Made by a program: the position numbers and the translations under genes. From assembly GCF_006345805.1 (NCBI RefSeq), contig NC_042998.1, forward strand, positions 177,692,001 to 177,756,000: DNA of 64,000 nucleotides, read 5' to 3'. This document shows, one piece after another, positions 39,645 to 53,005 of the stretch. The notes beneath the pieces are model-generated. The model made no database searches, was not told the DNA's origin, and saw nothing but the letters and a program-made list of their open reading frames with translations. The DNA is from Octopus sinensis (taxonomy: Eukaryota). Position 1 is the stretch's first letter. Each line of letters begins with the position of its first letter.

Positions 39645-40027
39645 CTAGCAGTATCGCCCGGCGTTGCTCAGGTTTGTAAGGGAAATAACTATAAAGCATT
39701 TTTAGAGAGTTATAGCCAAAAAATAGCAAAAAAATGGGAAAAAAATGATGGTAATTTTTTTTGAGAGTTAAAAAAGGTGGAGTTGCGTCCCCTAGACGGT
39801 CTGTGGTTTGGGTTTCTGATTCTCGACCCCATGTCGAATTTATCGATTTTTTTCAGAACTGGGGGAACTTTTCAAAATTTTCGCTGCGTTAGTTTTGAAT
39901 TATGACATTGGGCTATGTGTGTGTCAAGTTTCATCAGAATCGGTTGAAAGCCGTGGTCAGAGTGAGGGTACGAGAAAACAGACACACAGAAAACGCACAG
40001 ACAAACTGCCGTTTATATAGAGAGAGA
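39645..40027 (-). mobile_element. Non-autonomous Helitron (copy 1)
   Basis: Minus strand starts TC (TCTCTCTCTATATAAACGGC) and ends …CCTGAGCAACGCCGGGCGATACTGCTAG, with a GC-rich subterminal hairpin-like motif and CTAG. Inserted between A and T with no TSD. Confidence 0.88.
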
Positions 40028-43000
40028 TAATGATTTCATATTACAGTAGAAGTCCATACATTTTGGAGTAAGGGATATGAATAGTTATTAATGACCCCTG
40101 CACTTGGCTAAACTTACTGACCCAGAGAAGATGAATGGCAAAGCTGGCCCTCAAAGGATTTGGATTTGAACTTAGAGCAGAAGGGAACACATCTAAATAC
40201 TGTAATATATTTTATCCATTGTTCAAATGATTGTGGTACAAGACCACACATTCATTAGACAGCTTCAGTACATCCTACAAATAAAGTATCAGATAAGACC
40301 ACTTTCTTCCTTCACAGCTTTGCTAAATATACTTAGGCCGAAAAACAAATTAAACAAACCTGATTATAGGAAAGTAAGAAACCCAACAAACAATATTATT
40401 GTTTCATATTAATCAACCCATGCTAGCATAGAAAACGGATGCTAAACGATGATGATGATGATGAAGTAAACTACCAGATAGAAGTTTGTTAAAATATATT
40501 CAGTTGATGCAGTCACCACCTTTTTATTTACAGATTTTCAGAAGATATTACAGGCATAATTAATAAGATCAAGATTGATAAGCAGTTAGAAACCTTTCGA
40601 AGATAAGCTTAAAAAGAAAAAGTAGCAGCTTGGCCCATAATTACATATTTTATGTTAAAAGTTTCAAGAATAAATTAAAAGAAAAAGAAAAAATAATTAA
40701 AATTAAAACAAATCTATTCAAAGTTAAAATTATGAAAATGAAAATTAATTAAATGAATAGGATTAATAAATCAAATTTAAAAGAAGAGAAAAAAAGAATT
40801 AAGAAAATTTATCTAATCATGAAATAAATATTAACAGATTTTCGTATGATTCTGTATAGCTGTAAGATTTAAGACAAAGCAGTAAAAGAGAAATGAAAAA
40901 AAATTTTTTTAATAATTTGTTTTAATTCTGGGAAGATAAAAAGAAGGTCATTGCAGGAGGAAACCATGAAAAACTTCATGAAAATTAAATGTTATTCCAA
41001 AAGTGAACGTACAGTCACAACAGGATTGTATGAAAAATTTGAATTGTTAGTTTATAAGAGGGAAAACAACAGTGTACTGTAAGGATTAGTGAACCACCTG
41101 CAGGAAGTATACAATAATTTGAAATAATCCATATAAGCAGTATTTGTAGCATAGCAAACATAAAAACTTTTCAGCATGTTAGTAGTATTAGTAATGTCAC
41201 TTACAGAGGGAAATATGTAGGAAATTAAAATAAGTCATTATAAGGTAATTTTAATGGTAACTTAATTTTCTGGTTAATAACATAACTTCAGTGAAAGGTA
41301 CATTAAATTAAAAAAGATTGAGCTTAAATTATAAGAAAAGATGAGAAACTTTCCTAAGAGATTGGTTTACAAACAGTTGCCTTATAATTATTGACTATTG
41401 ACTGAGATGTTAGAAATATGACAAATCTGAAAATAAATCCTCATTAAAAATATAAACAAATAATTAAAGCCTTAAGAGTATGACTGAAATTGTTCTACTC
41501 CCCATGTTTCTCACGTGATAGCATAAAGATAGGTTATCAATTACCATGAGTTCTCTTCTTACTATGCCATAATTTAAGTCCCTCAATCTTGCCTATTTCA
41601 TTTACTACACAGCAAAGCATAAAAGAGAGAGGGTAGAGTGCTGATTTAACTGGAAATTAAGTAGTAGTTTTATGGGCAGTGATCTTTTCTAATAGGCTAC
41701 AAATTTTGGGAGATGGATTTTTGATCTGATATACTGGACTACAGTGCTTGAATGGTAGATATTTTGATTCCGCCAGACTTCTGTTGGATTTCAACTCAAA
41801 AAATAAAGCAATGTAACTAAATAGGTTCAATGTTATGAGGTCCTTTCATATCATAACAACCTAAGTAAGTCACTGAGAGTATAATTTCAACTCAATAATT
41901 TAGCTTGATATAATTATGAAATATTCAAAAGAATTTAAAATATTCGCACTCATTGTTCTTACACTATATAAAAGGGAACACTGCAATTGAAAAGTTGTAG
42001 TGAGCTAAAGTAGGTGCTTTACATTTTTTAAAATTTATTATTCATAAAGAGTTGACATCTTTTTCTACTATCAAAATTTGATCATAAATAACCTATATTT
42101 TAACATCAAGTAGGTAAGGGGGGGGGGGGTTGAAATGCCCTTTATTTATTACTTCCAATAAGATAAAACAATTATCAGTAAAAAGTATACAAAATTGTAA
42201 GATGTCAAGTCAAAAGACAACAAACTGATAGCACTATTACCATATTGAACAAAATCCTTAACTATTTCTTCTGGCTCTTTATGCTGAGTTCAAATACTGA
42301 TAAAATAAAATACCAGTCAAGTACTGGAGTCAATGTAATCAACTATATCCCTCCCACCTAAAATTGTTAGACTTGTGCCAAAGTTTGAAACAATAATTTC
42401 AAGTACAGAAGAACCCATGATTAAGTAAAGTGTACTTCATTAACAGGAAATCTAACTCATCTTGGATATGCTTTACTCAGATTATTATTAAGCCTTATTT
42501 AGGAGAGAAATCCATTCTACCACTAGCAGCATGTATGTGAAATATAACAAAACCTTTAACTGGTTTTATTTCTTTTGATGAAGAGTTTCAAGAGTAATTC
42601 CAAATTATTTTTACTTCTTTTACCTGAGGTTATTCTATGAATTTTTAAAAAATAAACTTAGCTCAGTCAAGATAAAATGCCTTACTCAAGGATACAGATC
42701 AGTGCAAGTAACAGAATAAAAACTTCTTGAGCTATAAACCAAGCTTCAGTACTTTTCTTGAATTAAATAAACTCTAAAAGACACCATTAAAAGATTTAAG
42801 TAGGGAAGAAAAGATGGATTAATAAATAAGACACAAAATTAAGGTGGAGGGAGAAACTGGCAAGATTTCACTCATGCTGTAACTTAATAGGATTACCTGC
42901 AGATAAGAATCTCATGTTTCTTTCATTAACTTCTCCAGAAAATTTGGCTGAAGTTAACACTTGGATTCTATTATAACTCGTCTTGCCTACAAGAAGATGA

Positions 43001-43121
43001 GTAAATTTGTCATTGTCACACCCAGCAATCTTTCTCTTAATTTCAAACAAATTTTCCTTGTAACTTATATTACCTTATAAACTGAAATTGAGTCAACATA
43101 CACTAGAAAGGGTTAGTTTAA

Positions 43122-43341
43122 CCTTTTAGCATTCAGATTACTCTGTCAAATGTAATGCTTTATTTATTCACATTTGTTTTGAACTAATCATGCATTATTA
43201 TCTCATAGCTTTGAGATCTTGATAATGTGATTACTTAATTTTAGAATGACATTGTAGGTATGTGAGATCAGATCTGTCTGGTTTGAACATAAAACAGGTG
43301 GAATATTTTGGCTGGAGACAGTCAGTTTAAATATTAAAGGA
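43122..43341. mobile_element. TTAA-type (piggyBac-like) MITE
   Basis: TTAA|CCTTTTAGCATT…AATATTAAAGGA|TTAA. Homologous to 60867-61087 in the opposite orientation. Confidence 0.8.
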
Positions 43342-45691
43342 TTAATGTCTTCAATATTAAGAAATATTCAAAATATAATAGTTTCCAACAAATCAATGGC
43401 TTTATAAAACTATGCTAATATTATTTTTGTGTACATATTTAAGTATATATGTGTAAGAATAGACAAAGAGTATGTATGCACGCACGAACACACACACACA
43501 CACACACACACATACATACATACATACATATATATATGCAAAAATCAGTAAATATAAACACAGCTTATGCAGAATATATCACACATTGAAGGCTCAAGTA
43601 TATTGACTGCTTAACTTTTTTTTAAAATAAGACCAATGTCATTCTTCTATTTACTGCTGGATTGTATAAATTATCAAACCAGACCCAGTTTAGCTGGCCT
43701 TTCCAAATGGTACCAAATATTATCACCAGACTATTGTATTTGGAAATGCATGCAGATTAATCTAACTACAATTTGGATCAGGGTCATGGTCTTGGTTTTG
43801 AACAATTAAGGAAGAACTGTCTTTCAGCCACTGAATTCAATAATGACAGTAGGTACAACAAAACTTTATGTGGTGTTAAACTCTTGTCTAAAAGCACATA
43901 GTACTTTCACATTGTAACATAAAGAACAAGATTGAAACCAGCTTTTTACATACATCCCTCACACACACACACACAATATTTGTGTCAACTGATAATTTTT
44001 TATATGCAACAAATACTTGTGCACGCATGTAGATAGTACTTTATTTTAAGTTTAATTTACAAATAACCATGCTATTCATATCATAGGTTTGAAATAATCA
44101 TTCAAAATGACTAGAGAATAAATAAATGACAGGGACAATATCAATGTATATGTATTACCTACATCTTCACTCTCTTCTACTTACTTTATGTCTCTTTGGA
44201 TATTAATCCTATATAAATTTTCCCAAGATATTTCTATATTGAGACAAAGTAGAAAGGAATTCTGTGAACATTCCTTAAATAATAGTAAACATTCAGTATA
44301 CAACAGACAAATGCACCAAGCACAGCTATATTTAATTCAATACATGCACCATCATATCTCGGAATTAAGTGTTTCAATCAGCAGGGAGTTACAAACACAG
44401 CTTTAAAACCCTTCAACATGTGTTTGTACATAATGAATTTAAAAATTAACAGTAAAAAAATAAATAGTAAAGAAATGTCAAATCAATCTAAATAACCAAT
44501 ATTTTTCTATGAAATAAAGGAAGGAAAATCATCTAATTCTATTCTCTAAAAATGGAAAAGCAGTAAATCCTTTTTAAAAATATATAAAAGCTAAAAATGT
44601 TTGGCAGCCACATGAACAGTTTTTAATTTGTAACACCATACTTTGTTGAATCTCAGATATTTTTGTGCATATATTAGATGCCAATTTATATTGCATTTTA
44701 ATACTGGTAGTTTTGGTTAGGTTGGAGCTGAACACATTAGCAAAACTGCAGACAATATTTAAACCCCAAGAGAAATATTTGGTACAGTACAATTCAATTT
44801 TATATATTCTCGTTAGAGTTTATGTTTTAAAGAAAATCCCCTCATATACTTTATAATTACTAAATCTTACACCTTGTCAAAACTAGCTTACGTTTCCTTA
44901 CATTCCCATACCACCCACAACATACCTCATACTTCCTTGACTGAATCCTTCTTAAGCATCCTTTTGAAACACTATATCTGCCTCAACTCTTCCTACAAAT
45001 TACAAACCCATAAAAATTCAAACTGAATTTTAGCTTCAGTCAACCATCTCAGCCCCAAAGTCTTAGATCAGCCTAACATCTGCAAGCTCATAAATAAAAC
45101 AAAATATAAAATCCAAGGAAACTAGTGGTGGTCTGATTTGAAAACAAATAACCCAGAAGTGTACACAGAAGAGTATGAACGAAGAATTTACCATTTCCTC
45201 CAACAGTTAAAAAGGTAAAGAGCATTGCTGGTATGGTCATAGACTAGCTAGCCTAGCTAGCAACCAATGAGACAACACTTTCGCTATTTTCATGACTCTT
45301 AAATGAAGGACTAAACTTTTGAGATAAACAGATCTAATTTTTTTTCTATCTAGATAAGATTAAATCTGTTTATCATTTATTAAATCATCAATGTATTTTT
45401 CTATCTCCTACAATTTAACAACTGCACTCTATAATTTTGACCATATCAGATCTTGAACTTAGCCTACAAGATAACATCAATAACTAACTTTCAATACTAT
45501 TTAACCAATTTCCAACATCAGTTTTTCATTTGTAATGAAGTGCAATGAAGAAAAAAATAGTTGCTGTATTTTTATAGCATAAGGTACTAATATATGGGAA
45601 AGAGATGTAAGCTTTTGATAAAAGAAAATTGTCTAAATAATTCTGTTTTACTAAACCAACCAGTGCATTATTTTGCACATTTATGAAGTGA

Positions 45692-46075
45692 CTAGCAGTA
45701 TCGCCCGGCGTTGCTCAGGTTTGTAAGGGAAATAACTATAAAGCATTTTTAGAGAGTTATAGCCAAAAATAGCAAAAAAATGGAAAAAAAATGATGGTAA
45801 ATTTTTTTTGAGAGTTAAAAAAGGTGGAGTTGCGTCCCCTAGACGGTCTGTGGTTTGGGTTTATGATTCTCGACCCCATGTCGAATTTATCGATTTTTTT
45901 CAGAACTGGGGGAACTTTTCAAAATTTTCGCTGCGTTAGTTTTGAATTATGACATTGGGCTATGTGTGTGTCAAGTTTCATCAGAATCGGTTGAAAGCCG
46001 TGGTCAGGGTGAGGGTACAACCTAACAGACACACAGAAACACACACAGACAAACTGCCGTTTATATAGAGAGAGA
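45692..46075 (-). mobile_element. Non-autonomous Helitron (copy 2)
   Basis: Nearly identical to 39645-40027, with TC…CTAG ends. The boundaries are confirmed by the empty paralogous site at 47358/47359. Confidence 0.92.
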
Positions 46076-47327
46076 TTTCCTCACCACTGCTTAGCCTGCT
46101 CTTATCTCTCTAAGGTATTTTAGTCTCTCAACACCTGGCATGAGCCCACTTCCCTCCCTAATATCCCCTCTACATACACTACACTTAGTCATAGGGGCTT
46201 TCCTTTTACCATTCTTTTTCTGTCTTGCAATTTACTAGGTGATCTCACTAGTTCCAGTGGCACAAAAAAAAGCACCCAGTACACAATGTAAGGTGGCTGG
46301 CATTAGGAAGAGCATCCAGCCTTAAAAACCATGCCAAAGCTGACACTGGAGCTTGGCATAGCTTTGCAGCTTACCAAATCCTGTCAAATCATCCAACCAT
46401 GATGAAGATGATGAAGTGCAATCTGAGGTCAAAATAAAACTAAAACATGACCAAAGCTGTCTCCCACACATGCTGAGGTAATTAAAATAATAAAATTTAC
46501 CACTGATTAATAAGGTGCTTTGTTTTCCATTAGCATGTTTATCATTTCTAGTTAGTTTTCTTATGTTCCCCACATCAAATATGTGAGCAACACAAAATTA
46601 ATACAAGAAACTATCTTAAGAAACTGACTGTGAGAGAACATTTTTGGAATATAATGTAATATTAATGAGCATTGGTTAAAGAAAATATATTTTCTTAGTT
46701 GGTTCAAAGTTGACAGGCAAACATTACTGACAGAAGGAAGCATAATATCATCTAAACTGAAATGTACTTCCTGTAGGTCTTGAAAATAAGTGAGGTCAAG
46801 CAACACTCCATACAAAAGGTTAAATAGGAACAATTGAAGGAAATGACATAGTTAAACAATGTCAGCTTGTTCTTAATTAATGTTATCTGTGAAAAGTTGG
46901 CAGCTATGGTAATTAACCTTTTATTGAATGTTTACTATATACAAGTAAACAGCTTAACGAGCGAATAAGAAAAACAAATAGAATTAAAGTAGAATTAAAA
47001 TAAAGTAGTATAATTCTAACAAAAAATATTTTAAAATCATTGAAACACTGAAAAAAGGAAACAATAAAAGGTACTTTTTTTTATGACAACTCTAAATTTG
47101 CTTACCAAATTACCTAACTTTTCTGTCCATCATAACAGTTATGACATGTAACAGAAATGATTATTAAGATCACACAGGATCCAAATTCCAAAAATCGCTC
47201 AAGATCAAAAAGATAGATATAAACCTAAAACACTTCTACTTTTTAATAACATCCTATCATCTTTCCCTTTACATTTTTAAGATTTTTATATATTTGAAAA
47301 ACATGCCTGGCCTTGAAGAAAAATTAA

Positions 47328-47557
47328 CAGTGCATTATTTTGTACATTTATGAAGTGATTCCCTCACCACTGCTTAGCCTGTTCTTATCTCTCTAAGGTA
47401 TTTTAGTCTCTCAACACCTGGCATGAGCCCACTTCCCTCCCTAATATCCCCTCCACGTACACTACACTTAGTCATAGGAGCTTTCCTTTTACCATTCTTT
47501 TTCTGTCTTGTAATTTACTAGGTGATCTCACTAGTTCCAGTGGCACAAAAAAAGCAC
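47328..47557 (+). repeat. Local duplicate of 45661-45691 + 46076-46275 (Helitron-free copy)
   Basis: Near-identical sequence on both sides of the Helitron insertion point. Confidence 0.9.
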
Positions 47558-47689
47558 TAGGTGAGGGATAGTGACAAGAGGGACATCCAGCTGTTGAAAA
47601 TCTGCCTCTATAAATTCCATCTGACCCATGCAAGCATGGGAAAAGTGAGTGCTAAATAATGATGATGATGACTATCATCATTATTATTA

Positions 47690-48075
47690 TCATCAATATC
47701 TTTACAACCACTTTTCCATGATTGCATGAGTTGAACAAAATTTATTATGGCAAATTTTCTTTGGCCACATGCTTTTCCTATCACCAATCCTAACCTGTTT
47801 CAAAGTAAGGCAGTACTTCCCCAGAGCTTGACACCTTTTCATGGAAGATTGTAAACAAGACACTGCTTGTATGACAGATGCTCATCTACAAACTGCATGC
47901 AATGTCAAGACACAAAGAACATGTACATATGTATGTGATGAGCTTTTTTTAGTTTTCATCAACCAAAACCACACAAGGCTTTGACTGGCTCAAAGGTATA
48001 GCAGAAGACACTAGTTGAAGATACCATGCAATGGGACTGAACCCAAAGCAATGTGGTCAGGAAGCAAACTCAATC
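47690..48075 (-). mobile_element. tRNA-headed SINE with an RTE-like tail, degenerate
   Basis: Same layout as 35663-36085. Confidence 0.6.
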
Positions 48076-49268
48076 GTACTACCCTGTCTATACCATAGAA
48101 AATTTCACAAATTTGCATGCCATCCTTGCACAGATTAGTGAGAGCTAATCTTCTAATCTTCTGTGTATCATCCCAAGCAAGTACATTATATATATATATT
48201 GTTCTAAGGTCGAGAAGTGTGCATCAGATTCACATGGATTTGAGTTCAGTCTCACAGCATGGTACCTTGGGCAGTGACTTCTACTATACCCAAGTCAAAC
48301 CAATGCTTTGTAAGTGGATTTGATAGATAGAAACTGAAAGAAATCAATGGTGTATGTGTGGCTCCTTGTTTTGACATTGTATGATAATTGTAAGCAAACA
48401 TTGCTATCATACATGTGCTGTTTGCTTCTGATCTTAAATAAAAACATGACTGGTGATATGCAGTATTTGAGAAGACCTGCCAATCTTGGAGAAACTACTG
48501 ATCCCTCCTTCACCTATCTAACTGCATACTTCACAAGTTTTCCCTCATACCACTGGTCTTTAACACAACCCTAGGACCATTTCACTAGATAGCCACCCTT
48601 CATTTATAACACTGATGCTCTCCACTTGCATTTTATATTGATCACCCTTCCTTCCAACATACACTTATCATCACCCAACACTTGTTCTTTCATAATATTC
48701 ATTCCCTTGCCCATTCTCCATCTCTAAACAGCTTTCATTCTCCCCTTACATTCTTGCAACCTTTATCCACCCACATTCCCAGATTTTTCTGTTCCCTCTC
48801 ACTTTTACTCACCTTGTATCTTGAGTCTACTCTGATACATCATTACCAATTTTTATCTCTTTCCAACTATACTGCAGTTACACTCACCCTCTTTTCCATA
48901 ATGTGAGTAGCCATGTAGTTACTCTACAGCAAGAAACCTTTTCTGCTCTCACCCTTTCTCTCATACTTCTCATCTCCTAGAATAAAGCCACCCCTCTCTT
49001 TACTATAGCCCCACTCAGTTGAAAGGAATCTTAATCTTGCTAGCTCCATGGTGACCTCACTAGTGCTGGTACCACAAGGAAAACACTCAATACCCTCTGT
49101 GTACTGTTTGGCATTTGGAAGGGCATCTAACCATAAAAACTATGCCAAAGCAGACACTGCAATATGATGCAATTCTTAAACCTGTCAGACCCTGTTAAAC
49201 CATCAAACCTATGCCATCATGGCTTTGATGGACATTAAATGATGATAATGATAATATATGTACATATT

Positions 49269-49292
49269 TGAGAGAGAGATAGAGAGAGAGAA

Positions 49293-49356
<64 letters not shown>
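49269..49356. repeat. (GA)n microsatellite
   Basis: Directly visible. Confidence 0.97.
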
Positions 49357-49357
<1 letters not shown>

Positions 49358-51512
49358 ATTTTTCATACTATCACTTTTATTAAGTGTTCACTTCAGATTC
49401 AAATAGTTTTTTCTATAAGTGCTGAGAGCTTTTGGGGTGAGAGGGAACAGAGAAAGAGGGAGGATCAGTGTCAACAGATTTCCTTATGAAATAGTTTGAA
49501 GATGTTGATTTTGGAAAAATGATATACCTAGACATTGTATCAATAAGCCTGTACTAAATTTGACTTGAACTGTGAATAAAAGTGACAGTTTGAAGAAAAA
49601 AGACAGATAATGAGAAGAATATATGAATAGAAAATATGAAACAACAGTGTGTGTGCGTATACGAAGAGGGAGAGCAAAGTCAGTAGAGCACTAGCCAAAC
49701 AACCAAGAAGTTGATGGTTATAATGTCATTAATACTGCATTGTCTCTGGTTGCACTTAACTCTCAATGTCCTAGCTCATCAAGCACTAATTAGGCTTCAT
49801 AGAGTGGCAGTGTTTACAGTAAGTATTTCCTTAACTTGAACACAAAGATTTTCAAGCTTGTAAACCACTCCTCTAATACTACAAGAATTTATGTTTACAG
49901 TGTGTACTGCAAGACACTTAGAACATAGAATGGAAAAATTTAACTAGCTTGAGAATTAAGTTATACCATTTTTCAGTAGTTAACTACCCTAAGAATTAAA
50001 GTATACCATTGCTCAATAGTAACTAACAGCTAACCTTCAAATTTATAAAATATTTCCTTGCTTCACTTTGCTCTTATCTTTTGGTAAAATAAAAATAGTA
50101 CTTGCATTGTAATTAATTTATCCCAAACCAAGACTACCCTTACAAAAACAGATTTTGAGCATATTTAAAAGAAATCAATATTCCTCGACGCCACTCGATT
50201 AATTAATGGTATATTTTGGTTAGAGACAATGATTGTTGTTATCTCTTGACAATACTTCCTAAGTGCTTCTTAAGGCCTTTTGGGTAAAGGTGGTTAAAGA
50301 GAAGAGACAGTCTGAAAAAGATCTTTTTGTTTTTTTCATAAATTGTTTGAAAATGTTTGGTTGTGGCTTTTGGGCTAATAAAATATCCCCAGAAAATTGC
50401 ATCAATGTATTTCTTAAAACTAACAATAATCTCTAGCTTTAAAAAAATTAAGGAATGGTGCTAGATGGTCTGAGAATGCTGTTGGTATGGTTATGATAGA
50501 GAGGAAACTCATTTTAAGATCCCTTTTGTTTGGTATCTATGAATTTAAAATAACAGAAACAATTCTACAAGTCTACACTGAATGTGAATAAGTGCCAAAA
50601 TGAGTCAGAAGAAACAGACAATGAGAGAAATCCAGTGGTAGGAAATATGAATCTATGTAAGATGTATTCTAATGCCATCTGTTATGATGTAAATAGCTTA
50701 TTTTTCCTATGAATATTTTCTCACAAATTACAAATTTAGCAAAATTGAAAACCCGCACATTCAGCATGAAGTTAATGAATTATCTCTTATATGTAATGTA
50801 TTAATCAGTATTTTTAATGGCAAATAAACTATATAAAGCTGCTTCAATCTTATTTGCCAACAGAGAAATGGAGATACCAAAAGTGGCATTCTATAAAATG
50901 GAGTTAGCTCAGTATAGAACATTTCTAATGCTTCTTGGAGACAGAAAAGTCCAAAATAATGTAGAAATTAATGTAAAATGTAAGAAAAACATATTTCTAT
51001 ATTAATATTGATTTATGAAACAAAATATTGTATAAAACCAACACATTATCAAATTAATTTGCTGTAAAGATGTATGCAAATCAGTTGTTTAAATATGTGC
51101 AGGAATAGGATTCAGTGGAAATAAGTAAAAAGATCAATATACCACAAAGAATAATATTACTGATGAGAAATAATGAAAATTGAGGTAATTCAATAATAAA
51201 AAAAATGTTGGTACTAATCCAGGATTGTTATTGAAAATAAGACATTTTCTACCAACAACCATGTCTCTCCATTGCATTTGTATAATTGCACAGTAAAAAC
51301 AGACATGCACTGGAATGAGAACAGCTAAAGTGGGAGGTATTAAAACAGATTCCATTCCATTACAGTGTTGGTTGTATAGGAGACAAGTAGTGGATATATT
51401 ATACTTATAAATTAAGCTGCAAATCTGGATGATAGTAGCACCATAATTAGTGTAATAGAAAAGACAAGCTATCAATTGAAACTGAAACCTAGTTAGAAAT
51501 GTTTACTATACA

Positions 51513-52435
51513 CAGGGTATTTGGGTTAAATCTAACAATTTTTTTATGTCAATTTTTTAAGACATTTTTTTTTTGTTAGGAACAGCTTGGTGTATTGGTG
51601 AACAGTCAATGGCATCAGGGAGTATAAAGATTAAAGTTGTAGTTGAGAAAAGGTTAGGTGACATGCAAGACTAGAAGCCATCTGAATATTGGAAAATAGT
51701 TACATATATCATGATGAGTCATGCAGAGTGTCAAAATACTGACATCATAGCTGCTGTTCAATATTCTGTGAACACTGTAAGGACTGTAAGATGTGGCCCA
51801 GGCAACTGCAACAAAGACTACTAATCCATGGCAAGCAGGAAGAGGCACAGCAGGCAGTCTGACTGCGTCTGCACATCAGAAAACATTGTAACAACTGGTG
51901 AACAGGGCATTAAGTTCAATTTAGATGGATAGATGGCTATGTGAAGCTGCTGGAGACTGTAGTCAAACCCTGGTTGGAGAGGGTTGCTGTTGAAAAGCCA
52001 TATGTGTGTGTGGCAGCAAGATTCAGCTCCTTGCCATACCTCTGGAAAGAGTTAGAAGTGGTTGCTGAAGAATTCCTATGATTTAACCAGCTCTAACTTC
52101 TGGCTTCTTAAATTTTCTGATTGTAATCTCATGGATTACTATTTGGGGGTGGAGAGAAGCTGAGAGAGACACCAAGTGCTCTGTCTGCAACACCAAGGCC
52201 AAGCTGATGACCAAGATCAAGGTGTTTGAAGATCTTTCCATGGAGGAATGCACACGCCTGGTTCTGACGCCATCTTGATGTGGATGATGAGGGCAGCTAC
52301 TTTTAGTAAAAGTTATCTCCCAGCCATAATCTAGTTTGATATTTTTTGATATTTCAAAATAATTTTATTTTTTGATTGAATATTGTGTTTGTTTTATCCT
52401 TCATGCAAAGTGCCAAATTTAGTCCAAACACCCTG
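51513..52435 (+). mobile_element. Tc1/mariner superfamily DD37D (maT-like) transposon, internally deleted
   Basis: TIRs CAGGGTATTTGGGTTAAAT and ATTTAGTCCAAACACCCTG|TA. Translates VVKPWL…WQQDSAPCHTS…FWLLKFSDCNLMDYY, with 37 positions (one a stop) between the two catalytic Asp residues. Confidence 0.85.
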
Positions 52436-52794
52436 TATAAATATATTATGTATAGGTCACCTCACAACACTTTCAGAAATATAATACACTTTCAGAAATA
52501 TTATAATACACTGTCTTAGAGCAGCTACAATTTATCTCATGGTAATTGTCTTCTACTACCTAAAACTGACTCAAATAAACCACAAACATATTAATTCAGG
52601 ATCTGTTTGTATTACTAATACATAAGTCAGTGTTTATCTGAAATAAATATAGTACACACTTAGAATATAATAATATAACTGCTCTGTTACACCTATTGCT
52701 AATCTGACCTTATGCCTTTTTTGTGTTCTTTTTCATTAGCTAACTTCCATATAGATTTTGTGTAAACCACTTCTGAACATTAAATACCAATCAA

Positions 52795-53005
52795 AGGCAG
52801 GGAAGTGGCAAAATCATCACTACACCAGACAAAATGTTTAGAGGCATTTCTTTTCACTTTATATTCTGAGATCAGATTCTACCAGAGTCAACTTTACCTT
52901 TCATCCTTTCAGGGTCAATAAAATAAGTACCAGTTGAGCACTGGGTTCAATGTAATCAACTTACCCCTCCCCCAAAATTACTGGCCATGTGCCAAAATTT
53001 GAGAT
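52795..53005 (+). mobile_element. tRNA-derived SINE with a Deu/Nin-like central motif
   Basis: TTTCATCCTTTCAGGGTCAATAAAATAAGTACCAG…GTGCCAAAATTTGA. Same family as 31260-31456. Confidence 0.65.
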
